This document shows positions 37,218 to 47,677 of a stretch of DNA of 64,000 nt, one piece after another (the stretch's first letter is position 1; every line of letters starts with the position of its first letter). The position numbers and the translations under genes are program-made. The stretch lies in NCBI GenBank assembly GCA_018696595.1, contig JABHQW010000008.1, forward strand, positions 256,001-320,000, written 5' to 3'. Below the pieces are notes generated by a model. It ran no database searches, had not been told where the DNA came from, and was given only the letters and a program-made list of their open reading frames with translations. The stretch comes from Candidatus Woesearchaeota archaeon. GTDB lineage: Archaea; Nanobdellota; Nanobdellia; Woesearchaeales; GW2011-AR9.

Positions 37218-38183
37218 ATGGGAAAACCACATAATCCAAGACGAGGAAGTATGCAATTTTGGCCTAGAAAAAGGTCTAGACACTCTTTAGCTAGAATTAG
37301 ATCTTGGGCTGAAGAAGGCAAAACTAAACCTCTGGGTTTTATTGGTTATAAAGCAGGAATGACTCATTTGTTGGTTAATGACAACCGGCCGAAATCGTCC
37401 ACAAAAGGAGAAAAGATTTCTATGCCTGTAACTGTTATTGAATGCCCACCAATGATTATGATTGGAGTTTCTTTCTACAAAAAATCTTTATTTGGAGTTC
37501 AAAAATCAACTTCTGTTTTGGCTACAAAAATACCTAAAGAAGTTTCCAGAAAAATTCAATTACCTAAAAAAATCACTAAAAAATTCGACGAAATCAAAGA
37601 ATTTGACGATTTACGATTATTATTTGTATCCACTCCAAATTTAACTGGAACCGGAACGAAGAAACCCAAATTATTAGAAATTGCTTTAGGCGGTTCTAAT
37701 GAAGACAAATTAGCTTTTGCTAAAGAGAATCTTGGTAAGGAAGTTAAAGTTGCAGATGTTTTTGACAGCGGTAAACAAGTAGATGTTCATGGAATTACTA
37801 AGGGAAAAGGTTTCCAAGGAACTGTTAAAAGATTTGGTGTTCCTATTAGACAACACAAATCCGAGAAAACTAAACGAGGAATTGGTAACTTGGGAGCTTG
37901 GACACCTAAAAGAGTTGACTTTAGAGTGCCTCAACCAGGTAAAATGGGATTCCACCTAAGAACCGAATATAATAAACAAATCATTAAAGTTGATAATAAT
38001 GCAGCGGAAGTTAATCCTACTGGTGGATTTCAACAATATGGCTTAATCAAAAATGACTATCTATTATTAAAGGGATCTGTATCAGGTCCTAGGAAAGGTG
38101 CAATTGTATTAACAGCATCAATCCGTGCAAACAAAAAAATAACTAAAGAAGCACCAGGAGTTGCTTACATCCATAAAAAATGA
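37218..38183 (+). CDS. rpl3: 50S ribosomal protein uL3
   Basis: PRRGSMQFWPRKR, GYKAGMTH, TKGKGFQG. Confidence 0.97.
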   Translation: MGKPHNPRRGSMQFWPRKRSRHSLARIRSWAEEGKTKPLGFIGYKAGMTHLLVNDNRPKSSTKGEKISMPVTVIECPPMIMIGVSFYKKSLFGVQKSTSVLATKIPKEVSRKIQLPKKITKKFDEIKEFDDLRLLFVSTPNLTGTGTKKPKLLEIALGGSNEDKLAFAKENLGKEVKVADVFDSGKQVDVHGITKGKGFQGTVKRFGVPIRQHKSEKTKRGIGNLGAWTPKRVDFRVPQPGKMGFHLRTEYNKQIIKVDNNAAEVNPTGGFQQYGLIKNDYLLLKGSVSGPRKGAIVLTASIRANKKITKEAPGVAYIHKK

Positions 38184-38986
38184 AAATACCAATCTTAAGT
38201 CTGGATCAGAAAAAAACAAGTGAGAAAGAATTACCTAATCAGTTCTCCGAATCTTATCGTCCAGATCTAATTAAAAGAGCAGTTCACGCTTTACAATCAG
38301 CGGCTAGACAAGCTTACGGAGCTAAACCTGACGCAGGTATGAGACATTCTTCTGATTTAAGTAAAAGAAGAAGAAAATATCGGGGCTGTTACGGATTTGG
38401 AATCAGTAGAGTTAATCGAAAGATCTTAAGCCGAAGAGGAACTCGAATGCATTGGGTTGGAACATTTTCCCCACAAACTGTTGGTGGAAGAAGATCTCAC
38501 CCTCCTAAAGCTGATAAGATTTTTGAAAAAGATATTAATAAAAAAGAAAACAGAAAAGCAATTCGATCAGCAATCGCTGCTACAATTGATAAAGAGCTTG
38601 TTCAAGGACGAGGTCATAAAGTACCTGAAAGTTATCCATTCATTATTGATTCATCTCTAGAAAAAACAGACAAAACCAAAGATGTTCAAACAATCTTGTT
38701 AAATCTTGGTTTTAAAGATGAATTATCTCGATCATTAATTAAAAAAGTAAGAGCAGGACTTGGAAAAGTTCGAGGAAGAAAATATCAAAGAAAGAAAGGA
38801 ATCTTGATTGTTGTAGGGGAAGATTGTTCTTTACTAAAGGCTGCTAATAATATATCTGGAATAGATGTAGTTAAGGTTAATGCTTTGAATGCAGAATTAT
38901 TAGCTCCTGGGGCAATGCCTGGAAGAGTAACTTTATGGACTGAAAACGCAATCAATATCTTAGAAAAAGATAAACTATTCAACTAA
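38180..38986 (+). CDS. rpl4: 50S ribosomal protein uL4
   Basis: RPDLIKRAV, GGRRSHPPK, LLAPGAMPGR. Confidence 0.96.
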   Translation: MKIPILSLDQKKTSEKELPNQFSESYRPDLIKRAVHALQSAARQAYGAKPDAGMRHSSDLSKRRRKYRGCYGFGISRVNRKILSRRGTRMHWVGTFSPQTVGGRRSHPPKADKIFEKDINKKENRKAIRSAIAATIDKELVQGRGHKVPESYPFIIDSSLEKTDKTKDVQTILLNLGFKDELSRSLIKKVRAGLGKVRGRKYQRKKGILIVVGEDCSLLKAANNISGIDVVKVNALNAELLAPGAMPGRVTLWTENAINILEKDKLFN

Positions 38987-39006
38987 TCAAATAAATTCAA
39001 ACAAAA

Positions 39007-39339
39007 ATGGCAAAAAAAACCGAAATCAAAGGAACTGAAACTCAAGAAGTGAAGGAGAATGTTAAGGCAGTTAAAGACTTTAACCCTCATGAGATTATCA
39101 AATATCCTTTATCTACTGAAAGAAGTATTCGTCAAATTGAGTTTGAAAATAGATTATCTTTTGTTGTTCATTCAAGAGCAACTAAAGGAGATATTAAAAG
39201 AGCGGTTGAAGAATTGTTCAAAGTAAGAGTTGTTAAAATTAATGTTCAAAATTCATTCACTGGGGAAAAGAAAGCTTACGTTAAACTAGGGCCAGAAAGT
39301 GTGGCTGCTGATGTAAGTGCAGACTTAGGATTAATTTAG
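39007..39339 (+). CDS. rpl23: 50S ribosomal protein uL23
   Basis: IIKYPLSTE, KKAYVKL. Confidence 0.95.
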   Translation: MAKKTEIKGTETQEVKENVKAVKDFNPHEIIKYPLSTERSIRQIEFENRLSFVVHSRATKGDIKRAVEELFKVRVVKINVQNSFTGEKKAYVKLGPESVAADVSADLGLI

Positions 39340-39347
39340 GTATAAAA

Positions 39348-40049
39348 ATGGGTAAACGAATCATACAACAAAGGCGAGGAAGAGGAACTGGCGCATATCG
39401 TGCACCTAGTTTTAATTACCAAGGTAAAGTTGTCCATAATAATTTAGACACTTCCGGTACTGTTGTAGATATTATTCATTGTGCTGGTCATAGTGCTCCA
39501 TTAATAGAAGTACAATATTTGACTGGAAATAAAAGTTTAGCCTTTGCTCCTGAAAAAATTAAAGTTGGAGATTCAATTATTGTTGGTGGCGAAGAAATTA
39601 AGTCTGGAAACGTATTACGATTAAAAAATGTTCCCGAAGGAACTTTAGTTCATAATTTAGAATTAAGACCTGGAGACGGTGGAAAATTAGTTCGAGCAAG
39701 TGGAAGTTTTGCTAAAGTTGTAGCAAAGACTGAAAAAGCTATCAGAGTTAAATTACCTTCAAATAAAGAAAAATTATTTTTACCTGAATGTCGAGCATCT
39801 ATTGGAATTATTGCTGGTGGTGGAAGATTAGAAAAACCTTTAATGAAAGCAGGAAACAGATTCCATAAAATGAAGGCAAGAAACAAATTATATCCGAAAG
39901 TATGCGGAATCTCTATGAATGCGGTGGACCATCCATTTGGTGGATGTCACAGTACTCATAAAGGAAGACCTACTTTATCTCCAAGAAGCGCACCACCTGG
40001 AAGAAAGGTTGGTAAGATTGCTCCTAGAAGAACAGGTAGGAGAAAATAA
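39348..40049 (+). CDS. rpl2: 50S ribosomal protein uL2
   Basis: MGKRIIQQRRGRG, ELRPGDGGKLVRASG, MNAVDHPFGG. Confidence 0.97.
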   Translation: MGKRIIQQRRGRGTGAYRAPSFNYQGKVVHNNLDTSGTVVDIIHCAGHSAPLIEVQYLTGNKSLAFAPEKIKVGDSIIVGGEEIKSGNVLRLKNVPEGTLVHNLELRPGDGGKLVRASGSFAKVVAKTEKAIRVKLPSNKEKLFLPECRASIGIIAGGGRLEKPLMKAGNRFHKMKARNKLYPKVCGISMNAVDHPFGGCHSTHKGRPTLSPRSAPPGRKVGKIAPRRTGRRK

Positions 40050-40094
40050 AATAAAAATAAAATAATATTAAAATATAAACTAAAAAAATAAAAA

Positions 40095-40475
40095 ATGGCA
40101 AAAGAATTAACTTGGCACGGAAAAAGTGAACAGGAAGTAAAGGAAATGGACATTAAGGAGTTCATGAAAGTAATTCCTACTAGACAAAGAAGATCTTTGA
40201 AAAGAGGATTTACTGACGCACAAAAAGCTTTAATGAAACTTATTGAAGCTGATAGTCAGAATATTAAAACCCATTGCCGAGATTTGGTAATTATGCCAAT
40301 CATGTTAGGAAAAATGATTAAAGTGTATAATGGAAAAGACTTTTTCCCGGTTACAGTTACATTAGAAATGTTAGGACATTATTTGGGGGAATTTTCACAA
40401 ACCCGAAAGAGTGTAACTCATAGTTCGGCTGGAGTTGGAGCAACAAGATCAAGTAAAGCTGTTTCAGCAAGATAA
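40095..40475 (+). CDS. rps19: 30S ribosomal protein uS19
   Basis: IKTHCRD, MLGHYLGEFS, GATRSSK. Confidence 0.96.
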   Translation: MAKELTWHGKSEQEVKEMDIKEFMKVIPTRQRRSLKRGFTDAQKALMKLIEADSQNIKTHCRDLVIMPIMLGKMIKVYNGKDFFPVTVTLEMLGHYLGEFSQTRKSVTHSSAGVGATRSSKAVSAR

Positions 40476-40498
40476 ATATAAAAAATAAAGATACAAAA

Positions 40499-41161
40499 AT
40501 GACACAAAAAACAAAAGTAGAAAAAAGTGAACACGTTGCTCGGGCTAAAGTAATTAGTGCGTCAATCTCTACTAAGCATTGTGTTGAAATTTGTAAATTT
40601 TTACGATACAAAAATACTGATTTTGCTAAAGATTACTTAGAAAGTGTAATTGATTTGAAAAAACCAATTCCTTTCAAGAAGTTCAATAAAGATACTGGAC
40701 ATAAAGCAGGAATGGCTGCGGGAAGATTCCCTCAGAAAGCTGCTAAAGAGTTTTTGAAATTAATTAAGTCTGCTGAAGCTAATGCTCAGTTTAAAGGATT
40801 AAATACATCTGGATTAAAAATCACTAAAATTTTAGCTAATAAGGCATCAATTCCGGCTACTGGCGGTCGACATAGAAGAGGAACAAAAAGATCTCATGTA
40901 GAAATGGAAGTTGAAGAAGTTGCTGTTAAAAAGAAGGAAGTTAAAAAGAAATCTTCAAAACCTGTTGCGAAGGAAGTAAAAGAAGAGAAGCAACCAGAAA
41001 CTAAAGTAGAAGAGAAAGTTGCGGAAGTTAAAACTGAAGAAGTAGCAAAAGTTGAAGAAAAAGTTGAACTACCTAAAGAAGAAATTAAAGAAACTAATAA
41101 TCAAGAAAATCAAGAAGCAACTAAAGAAGCTGAAAAAGAAGTTGAGGAACAAAAAAAATGA
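40499..41161 (+). CDS. rpl22: 50S ribosomal protein uL22 with long K/E-rich tail
   Basis: ISTKHCVEIC, GRFPQKAA, NAQFKGL. Confidence 0.96.
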   Translation: MTQKTKVEKSEHVARAKVISASISTKHCVEICKFLRYKNTDFAKDYLESVIDLKKPIPFKKFNKDTGHKAGMAAGRFPQKAAKEFLKLIKSAEANAQFKGLNTSGLKITKILANKASIPATGGRHRRGTKRSHVEMEVEEVAVKKKEVKKKSSKPVAKEVKEEKQPETKVEEKVAEVKTEEVAKVEEKVELPKEEIKETNNQENQEATKEAEKEVEEQKK

Positions 41162-42096
41162 TTGAGAGAGAATTCATCGCCCAAAAGACGAAAGAGTACT
41201 ACATCAAGAAGCATATTGAGTCTAAGTTAGACAAAGTTGGAATTTCCTCAATCAAATTAAAAAAGATTCCTTTGGGAGAAAAGATTATTATTGAAACTAG
41301 TAGGCCTAGTTTAATTGTTGGATCTAAAGGTTCTAACATCAGAGAACTTACTAAAACATTAAAGAAACAATTCAAATTAGAAAATCCACAAATTGAAATT
41401 AATGAAGTAAAAGACATTTTCCTTGACCCTCATATTGTTGCAGAAAGAATCTCTTCATCTTTAGAAAGATTTGGAGCAGCAAGATTCAAAGGTGTTGGTC
41501 ATAAAACTATGGAGAATGTAATGAACGCTGGCGCATTAGGTGTTGAAATAATTATTTCCGGAAAAATTCCAAGTTCTAGGGCAAAGAATTGGAGATTTTA
41601 TTTAGGTTACTTAAAAAAGTGCGGAGACATTGCTATTCACGGAGTAAAGAGGGCACAAACTGTTGCTTTATTGAAAAGTGGAATTATTGGAATTAAGGTT
41701 GCAATTATGCCTTCCGATTTAGTATTACCTGATCATATTGAAATCTTAGACGAACCTCAACAAATTGTTGAAGAAACAGAAGTTGAGAAAAAACCAGCTA
41801 AGAAGAAAGCTACAAAGAAAAAAACTGCTACTAAAAAGAAACCAGCTAAGAAAAAAGAAGCTAAGGTTGAAGAAGTTGCAAAAGTAGAAGAGAAAGTTGA
41901 AGAAAAAACTGAAGCGGTTGCAACTAAAGAAGTTAAAGAACCTGTTGTTGAAGAAACAGAAACAAAAACAAAAGAAGAAGTTACTGAAAAAACTCCTAAT
42001 CAAGAAACCGTTCCTGAAGAATCTGAGAAGAAAGAAACAGAACAAAAAGAAGAAACTAAAGAAGAAACTAAAGAAGAGGAACCTAAGCAAGAATGA
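41158..42096 (+). CDS. rps3: 30S ribosomal protein uS3 with basic-then-acidic tail
   Basis: RPSLIVG, MNAGALGVEI, GIIGIKV. Confidence 0.96.
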   Translation: MIEREFIAQKTKEYYIKKHIESKLDKVGISSIKLKKIPLGEKIIIETSRPSLIVGSKGSNIRELTKTLKKQFKLENPQIEINEVKDIFLDPHIVAERISSSLERFGAARFKGVGHKTMENVMNAGALGVEIIISGKIPSSRAKNWRFYLGYLKKCGDIAIHGVKRAQTVALLKSGIIGIKVAIMPSDLVLPDHIEILDEPQQIVEETEVEKKPAKKKATKKKTATKKKPAKKKEAKVEEVAKVEEKVEEKTEAVATKEVKEPVVEETETKTKEEVTEKTPNQETVPEESEKKETEQKEETKEETKEEEPKQE

Positions 42097-42296
42097 AAAT
42101 CACTAAAGAATTAAGGGAATTATCTCCTGAAGAACTGAACACAAGAATGGCTGAGTTTAGAACAGAATTACTTAAGTTAAGTGTTGAAGTTGCTAGTGGA
42201 GCAAACCCTTCCAGTCCTGGAAAGATCAAGCAAGTGAAAAAGAATGTTGCAAGAATATTAACCTTACTCAAAGAGAAAGAGAAGGGGGTTAACTAA
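42093..42296 (+). CDS. rpl29: 50S ribosomal protein uL29
   Basis: ELRELS, PGKIKQVKKNVARILT. Confidence 0.94.
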   Translation: MKITKELRELSPEELNTRMAEFRTELLKLSVEVASGANPSSPGKIKQVKKNVARILTLLKEKEKGVN

Positions 42297-42302
42297 AAAA
42301 AT

Positions 42303-42608
42303 ATGGTAGGTGTATGTAATCAATGTGGGCTACCACAAGACCTTTGCGTTTGTGAAACAATCGCACGGGAACAACAAAAAATCAAAGTGTTTATCGAGAA
42401 AAGAAAATTTGGCAAGAAGTATACCATCATCACTGGGGTTGGCAAGGAAGCTAACATTGATGAAATACTTAAAACCTTAAAAACCAAGTTTGCTTGTGGC
42501 GGGACTGCTAAAAACGGTCAAATGGAACTACAAGGCAACCACAAGTTGAGAATCAAACAAACTTTAGTGGATCTGGGTTTTGCTGAAGAAACAATCGAGA
42601 TTGCTTAA
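42303..42608 (+). CDS. sui1: Translation initiation factor aIF1 (SUI1 family)
   Basis: CNQCGLPQDLCVC, KTKFACGGT, ELQGNH. Confidence 0.95.
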   Translation: MVGVCNQCGLPQDLCVCETIAREQQKIKVFIEKRKFGKKYTIITGVGKEANIDEILKTLKTKFACGGTAKNGQMELQGNHKLRIKQTLVDLGFAEETIEIA

Positions 42609-42612
42609 TCAG

Positions 42613-42864
42613 ATGAAAAAAACAATTTATCCTAACGAACTGGTTGGGGAAGAAATTGAAATCATTGAAGCAAAAAACACTTACAACTTATCAATCAAAG
42701 GCAAGGTTGTTGACGAAACAAAAACAACTTTGAAAGTTGAACAAAACGGTAAGTTTAAAACGTTATTGAAAAATAACATCACAATCAAGTTGATCAAGTC
42801 TGGAAAAATCATCTCCGGGCAAGAGATTGCTAAGCGACCAGAAGAACGGTTGAAAGGCAGATAA
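42613..42864 (+). CDS. rnp1: RNase P protein subunit Rpp29/POP4
   Basis: ELVG, IKGKVVDETK, RPEERLK; canonical position; start at 42613. Confidence 0.92.
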   Translation: MKKTIYPNELVGEEIEIIEAKNTYNLSIKGKVVDETKTTLKVEQNGKFKTLLKNNITIKLIKSGKIISGQEIAKRPEERLKGR

Positions 42865-42890
42865 AAACAATCAAAAAACTGAAACGAAAA

Positions 42891-43238
42891 ATGAAAAAAG
42901 AAATACTTGGTGCAAAAGCACCTGGAAAGGAATGTACTGACCAAAAATGTCCATTTCATGGGCAGATTAATGTAAAGAATGAACTATTCAAAGGAACAGT
43001 TGTTAAGAAAGACATTAATCACTCTGCTACAATTGAATGGAGTAGACAACATTATGTTCCTAAATTTGAAAGATATGAAGTTAGGCGTAGTAGAATGAGA
43101 GTTCATAACCCTGCTTGTATCGATGCAAATATTGGTCAAACCGTTTTAGTTGCCAAAACTCGACCAATCAGTAAGACAAAAAATCATGTTATTATCAAAA
43201 TCATTGAAGCTGAAGAATCTAAGGGGACTAAGAAATAA
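42891..43238 (+). CDS. rps17: 30S ribosomal protein uS17
   Basis: CTDQKCPFHG, PKFERY, RPISKTK. Confidence 0.96.
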   Translation: MKKEILGAKAPGKECTDQKCPFHGQINVKNELFKGTVVKKDINHSATIEWSRQHYVPKFERYEVRRSRMRVHNPACIDANIGQTVLVAKTRPISKTKNHVIIKIIEAEESKGTKK

Positions 43239-43240
43239 AA

Positions 43241-43642
43241 ATGAAAGCACTAAGCAGTAAAATAACAAAAGCACTACCTTCACAATGTCAATTAGGTACT
43301 TGTGATAACTCTGGTGCTAAGTTAATAAAAATAATTGCAGTAAAAGGACATAAGACTGTTAAAGGTAGAATTCCTGCTGCTGGTGTTGGCGATTTAGTTT
43401 TTGCTTCAGTTAAGAAAGGAAAATTAGAAATGAGAAAAACTGTTGTTCCTGCGGTAATTGTTAGACAAAAGAAAGAATACCGAAGAGCTGACGGAACTCG
43501 AATTAAATTTGAAGATAATGCAGCAGTTGTGTTAAAAGATCTTAAAGGAAACCCAAAGGGAACAATCTTTAAAGGTCCAATTGCTAAAGAAGCGGCAGAA
43601 AGATGGCCAGCAGTAGCTAAAGTGGCTAAAATAATTGTTTAA
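43241..43642 (+). CDS. rpl14: 50S ribosomal protein uL14
   Basis: DNSGAK, VIVRQKKEYRR, FEDNAAV. Confidence 0.97.
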   Translation: MKALSSKITKALPSQCQLGTCDNSGAKLIKIIAVKGHKTVKGRIPAAGVGDLVFASVKKGKLEMRKTVVPAVIVRQKKEYRRADGTRIKFEDNAAVVLKDLKGNPKGTIFKGPIAKEAAERWPAVAKVAKIIV

Positions 43643-43651
43643 GGTTAAAAA

Positions 43652-44107
43652 ATGGTAAAAACAAGTTTTGCAAAAACATGGAATAAAAGTACTCAACCTA
43701 GAAAGCAACGTAAGTATAGGTATAATGCTCCATTACATGTTAAACAAAAAATGGTACATGTTCATTTATCTACAGAATTAAGAAAGAAGTACAGTTTCAG
43801 AAATGTACAACTTAAAGCTGGAGATAAAATTAAAGTTTTACGTGGTAAGTTTGCTAAGAAAGAAGGTAAAGTGGACAAAATCAGTTTAAAAAATGAAAAA
43901 GTTTACGTGGCTGGTATTGAAACTATCAAGAAGGAAGGAACAAAATTACCTATTGCATTAAATGCAACCAACTTAATGATTATTGAATTAGACTTGAGTG
44001 ATAAAAAAAGAAAACAGAAATTAGAAAGCAAAGGTAAGACTGAACCTAAAGCTGAAGTTAAATCTGAATCAAAAAAAGTAGAATCAAAAGTAGAGGAAAA
44101 GAAATAA
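43652..44107 (+). CDS. rpl24: 50S ribosomal protein uL24
   Basis: QPRKQRK, GDKIKVLRG. Confidence 0.96.
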   Translation: MVKTSFAKTWNKSTQPRKQRKYRYNAPLHVKQKMVHVHLSTELRKKYSFRNVQLKAGDKIKVLRGKFAKKEGKVDKISLKNEKVYVAGIETIKKEGTKLPIALNATNLMIIELDLSDKKRKQKLESKGKTEPKAEVKSESKKVESKVEEKK

Positions 44108-44108
44108 A

Positions 44109-44795
44109 ATGAAAAATCACTTGAAAAGAATCGCATCCCCTCATACCTGGGTTATTGATCGGAAAAGTTCCGTTTTTATTACTAGGCCTAAACCTGGAGC
44201 TCATAAAATGGGTAGTGGTTTACCACTTGGTGTTATTTTAAGAGACTTTTTAGGATTATCTACTACTATGAATGAATCAAAGAAAGTGCTTAACAATAAT
44301 GATATCTTAGTTGATGGAAAAAGAAGAAAAGATTATCGTTACATTGTTGGTTTATTTGATGTGATTACTATTCCAATTCAAAAGAAATCTTTCAGATTAA
44401 TGTTTAATAAGAAAAAACAAATTGTTATCAACGAAATTAGTGATACAGAAAGTTTAATTAAACCTTGTAAAGTTGTAGGTAAGACCATCTTAACAAAAGG
44501 AAAGATACAATTAAACTTACATGATGGTAAGAATATCATTAGTGATACTAAAGTTAAAGTTGGGGATACCTTATTATTATCATTACCAAAATTAGAAGTT
44601 AAAGAAGTGTTACCTCTTGAAAAAGAAAGTACAGTTTACTTAATTGATGGAAAACATTGCGGTGATGTTGGATTATTCAAAGAAATTAGAAAAGAAGAAG
44701 CAATTTATACTAAAGATAAAAAAGATATCGAAACTGCAAAAGAATATTTATTTGTAGTGGGCAAAAAAAAATCAATGATTGAAATTAAAAATTAA
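44109..44795 (+). CDS. rps4e: 30S ribosomal protein eS4
   Basis: HLKRIASP, PGAH, VDGK, QLNLHDG. Confidence 0.95.
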   Translation: MKNHLKRIASPHTWVIDRKSSVFITRPKPGAHKMGSGLPLGVILRDFLGLSTTMNESKKVLNNNDILVDGKRRKDYRYIVGLFDVITIPIQKKSFRLMFNKKKQIVINEISDTESLIKPCKVVGKTILTKGKIQLNLHDGKNIISDTKVKVGDTLLLSLPKLEVKEVLPLEKESTVYLIDGKHCGDVGLFKEIRKEEAIYTKDKKDIETAKEYLFVVGKKKSMIEIKN

Positions 44796-44803
44796 CTGAA
44801 AAA

Positions 44804-45319
44804 ATGGAAAAAAACAATAACCCAATGATGGAAATTAGAATTAGCAAAGTTACCTTAAATATTGGTGCAGGTAAGAACGAAGATTTGCTAAAGAAAGGTA
44901 TTGTTTTACTGAAAAAGTTATCACCTTTAACTCCTGTTAAAACTTTTACTCAGAAAAGAATTCCTGGTTGGGGATTAAGACCTGGCTTAGCAATTGGTTG
45001 TAAAGTAACTGTTCGTAAAAACACTGAAGAATTACTTAAAAGATTGTTAGTGGCTAAAGAAAATATATTAAAAGAAAAATGTTTTGATAATAATGGAAAC
45101 TTTTCTTTTGGAGTTCCCGAATATATTGATATTGAAGGATTAGAATACGACCCAGATTTAAAGATTCTGGGCTTAGAAGCAGCAGTAACTTTGGAAAGAC
45201 CAGGATTTAGAATTAAGAAAAGAAAAATTTCCAATAAAGCAGTTGGTAAAGATCATTTAATCACTAAAGAAGAAGCAATCGAGTTTGTGAAGAGCAAACT
45301 TGGTGTGGAGGTTGAGTAA
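44804..45319 (+). CDS. rpl5: 50S ribosomal protein uL5
   Basis: [28 protein letters not shown]. Confidence 0.96.
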   Translation: MEKNNNPMMEIRISKVTLNIGAGKNEDLLKKGIVLLKKLSPLTPVKTFTQKRIPGWGLRPGLAIGCKVTVRKNTEELLKRLLVAKENILKEKCFDNNGNFSFGVPEYIDIEGLEYDPDLKILGLEAAVTLERPGFRIKKRKISNKAVGKDHLITKEEAIEFVKSKLGVEVE

Positions 45320-45324
45320 ACAAA

Positions 45325-45555
45325 ATGACTACTAGTGACTATAAAAAAGCATTCAAACAACTGAACGCTAAACCAATTAAAAAATTAAAGTATATCAAGT
45401 TTAATCAACCTAAAGAGCGATCTTGTGGAAGAGCTTTGAGAAAATGTCGGAACTGTGGCCGGAATGGTGGCCATATTAACAAATATGGTTTACATTTGTG
45501 TCGACAATGTTTCCGAGAAATGGCTTTAGGATTAGGTTTCAAAAAATACAGTTAA
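45325..45555 (+). CDS. rps14: 30S ribosomal protein uS14 (Zn-ribbon type)
   Basis: CRNCG...[13 protein letters not shown]. Confidence 0.95.
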   Translation: MTTSDYKKAFKQLNAKPIKKLKYIKFNQPKERSCGRALRKCRNCGRNGGHINKYGLHLCRQCFREMALGLGFKKYS

Positions 45556-45578
45556 GAATAAGAGGATAAATTAAGAAA

Positions 45579-45968
45579 ATGTTAAACGACCCATTGGCAG
45601 CAACGTTAGCGAAAATAATGAACGCAGAGAAAGTAGGAAAGAAGAATGTAGTTGTTAAACCGGCCTCTAAGATAATTAAAAAGATCTTGGCAATGATGAA
45701 CGAGAATAATTACACTGGCGAAGCTACAGAAATTACTTCAGAGCGAGGTGGAGAACTGAATGTTAACCTATTAGGCAACCTTAATGGTTGTGGTGTAATC
45801 AAACCAAGATTTTCAACTAAACAAAATGGATTTGAGAAATGGGAGAAACGTTACTTACCAGCTAATAACTTTGGATTACTTTTTGTTTCAACCCCAAAAG
45901 GAATCATGACTCAAGATCAAGCTAAAGAGAAAAAGATGGGCGGAAAACTATTAGCCTATTGTTATTAA
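45579..45968 (+). CDS. rps8: 30S ribosomal protein uS8
   Basis: NDPLA, CGVIKPRF, WEKRYLPA, VSTPKG. Confidence 0.96.
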   Translation: MLNDPLAATLAKIMNAEKVGKKNVVVKPASKIIKKILAMMNENNYTGEATEITSERGGELNVNLLGNLNGCGVIKPRFSTKQNGFEKWEKRYLPANNFGLLFVSTPKGIMTQDQAKEKKMGGKLLAYCY

Positions 45969-45990
45969 TCATACTAAACAGAAAACAAAA

Positions 45991-46536
45991 ATGAAAGCAG
46001 ACTTAAAAAAAGAAATTGAACTTCCTGACGGAGTGACTGTACAGTTGAATGGGGCAGTTTTAACTATAAAAGGAGCTAAAGGAGAAGTTAATAGGGATTT
46101 TATTCATCCTAAAGCAAATATTTTAGTTGAACAAAATAAAATTGTTTTGTCTGCTTTGAAAGCAACTAAAAGAGAAAAAACATTATTAGGAACAATGGTC
46201 TCTCATATTAAGAATATGATTACTGGTGTACAAGAACCTTTTACTTACAAAGTTAAAATTTGTTCTGGTCACTTTCCAATGAATGTAAGTGTTTCAGGTA
46301 AAGATTTAGTTGTTAAAAACTTTTTGGGAGAAAGTGTCCCTAGAAAAGTTGAATTAATTGAAGGAACAAATGTTAAAGTTAACGGTGATGAGATTGTTAT
46401 TGTTGGCGTAGATAAAGAAAAAGCTGGACAAATGGCAGCAAGAATTGAAAACCTATGTCGAATTACTAATCGTGATACTAGAATATTCCAAGATGGATGT
46501 TATATCACCCATAAAGCTGGAAAAGATTTAAACTAA
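45991..46536 (+). CDS. rpl6: 50S ribosomal protein uL6
   Basis: HFPMNV, NFLGE, RIFQDG. Confidence 0.96.
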   Translation: MKADLKKEIELPDGVTVQLNGAVLTIKGAKGEVNRDFIHPKANILVEQNKIVLSALKATKREKTLLGTMVSHIKNMITGVQEPFTYKVKICSGHFPMNVSVSGKDLVVKNFLGESVPRKVELIEGTNVKVNGDEIVIVGVDKEKAGQMAARIENLCRITNRDTRIFQDGCYITHKAGKDLN

Positions 46537-46566
46537 ACATAATAAAGATATAATAAAGGCAATAAG

Positions 46567-47187
46567 ATGGAAACTAAAAAAATGTTAGAAGTACGGGAAA
46601 AAATTCGGAAAACTAGACCTAAATTCGTAGTTAAGGAATCTAAGTTTTCAGCGCGAGTAAAGAGTAGATGGCGTTTCCCTAGGGGTAAACATTCAAAAGT
46701 TAGACAAATGCATAAAGGAAGACCATTATTAGTTAATGTTGGAAGTAGATCTCCTCGACTTGTAAGAGGATTAAACAAAGTGGGATTAGAAATTGTTGCT
46801 GTTAGTAATAAAAATGAATTGTTAAGTTTGAATAAAGAAAAACAATCTGCTTTGTTAACAAACATTGGTAATAAAAAAAGATTAGAATTATTAGAATTAG
46901 CTAAAGAAAACAAGATCCATTTATCTAATGTTAAAGATATTGAAAAAACTGTTGAGAAAATCAAATCTAGCTTCGATGCAAGAAAAAAGTTGAAATCAGA
47001 CAAATCTCAGGCGAAGAATAAAAAAGAAACAGAAAAGAAGAAGAACGCTGAAGAGAAAAAGAAAAAGGAAGAAGAAGAGAAAATAAAAGCTGAAAAGAAA
47101 TCTATCGAAGAAACTGTTGAAGATAAAAAGGAAAAGATTAAAGAAGAGAAGAAAGAGTCGGAAAAGACCATCATTAAAAAACAATAA
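46567..47187 (+). CDS. rpl32e: 50S ribosomal protein eL32 with K/E-rich tail
   Basis: WRFPRGKHSKVR, PRLVRGL. Confidence 0.93.
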   Translation: METKKMLEVREKIRKTRPKFVVKESKFSARVKSRWRFPRGKHSKVRQMHKGRPLLVNVGSRSPRLVRGLNKVGLEIVAVSNKNELLSLNKEKQSALLTNIGNKKRLELLELAKENKIHLSNVKDIEKTVEKIKSSFDARKKLKSDKSQAKNKKETEKKKNAEEKKKKEEEEKIKAEKKSIEETVEDKKEKIKEEKKESEKTIIKKQ

Positions 47188-47220
47188 TCAAAAATATAAT
47201 AACTAAACATAACGATAAAA

Positions 47221-47670
47221 ATGAAAAGCAAAAAAAGACTGGCTGGAGAAATCCTGAAAGTATCACCAAAGAAGATTAGTTTTGTAGCTGATGCTTTAGA
47301 AGATATTAAGAAAGCAATTACTCGGTCAGATTTAAGAGGATTAATTGCTATTAAGAAGATTGTTAAAAGTAGAAAAAATCAACAATCTCGTGCAAGAGCA
47401 AGAAAAATAGCAACTCAGAAAAGAAAAGGTCGACAAAAGGGTCAAGGTAGCAAAAAAGGAGCTAAACATGCAACCGTAACCAAGAAAGAAAAATGGATGG
47501 CTAAAGTAAGAATTCAAAGAAGACTGTTAAAAGAATTAAGAGATAAGAAATTAATTTCAACCGGTAATTACCGATTACTTTATCGTAAAGTTAAAGGTGG
47601 TTTTTTTAGAAATAAGAGACACATTAAACTTTATTTAACTGAATATCATTTGATTGAGGAAAAAAAATAA
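47221..47670 (+). CDS. rpl19e: 50S ribosomal protein eL19
   Basis: KRLA, AITRSD, KGQGSKKG, LYRKVKGG. Confidence 0.95.
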   Translation: MKSKKRLAGEILKVSPKKISFVADALEDIKKAITRSDLRGLIAIKKIVKSRKNQQSRARARKIATQKRKGRQKGQGSKKGAKHATVTKKEKWMAKVRIQRRLLKELRDKKLISTGNYRLLYRKVKGGFFRNKRHIKLYLTEYHLIEEKK

Positions 47671-47677
47671 TTAAACA

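Noticed and set aside
41746-47231. Phe/Ser-rich antisense ORFs over ribosomal protein genes (e.g. 41746-42090, 46533-47003, 46996-47231)
   Set aside because: Shadows of Lys/Glu-rich sense codons; same for most short overlapping ORFs in the track
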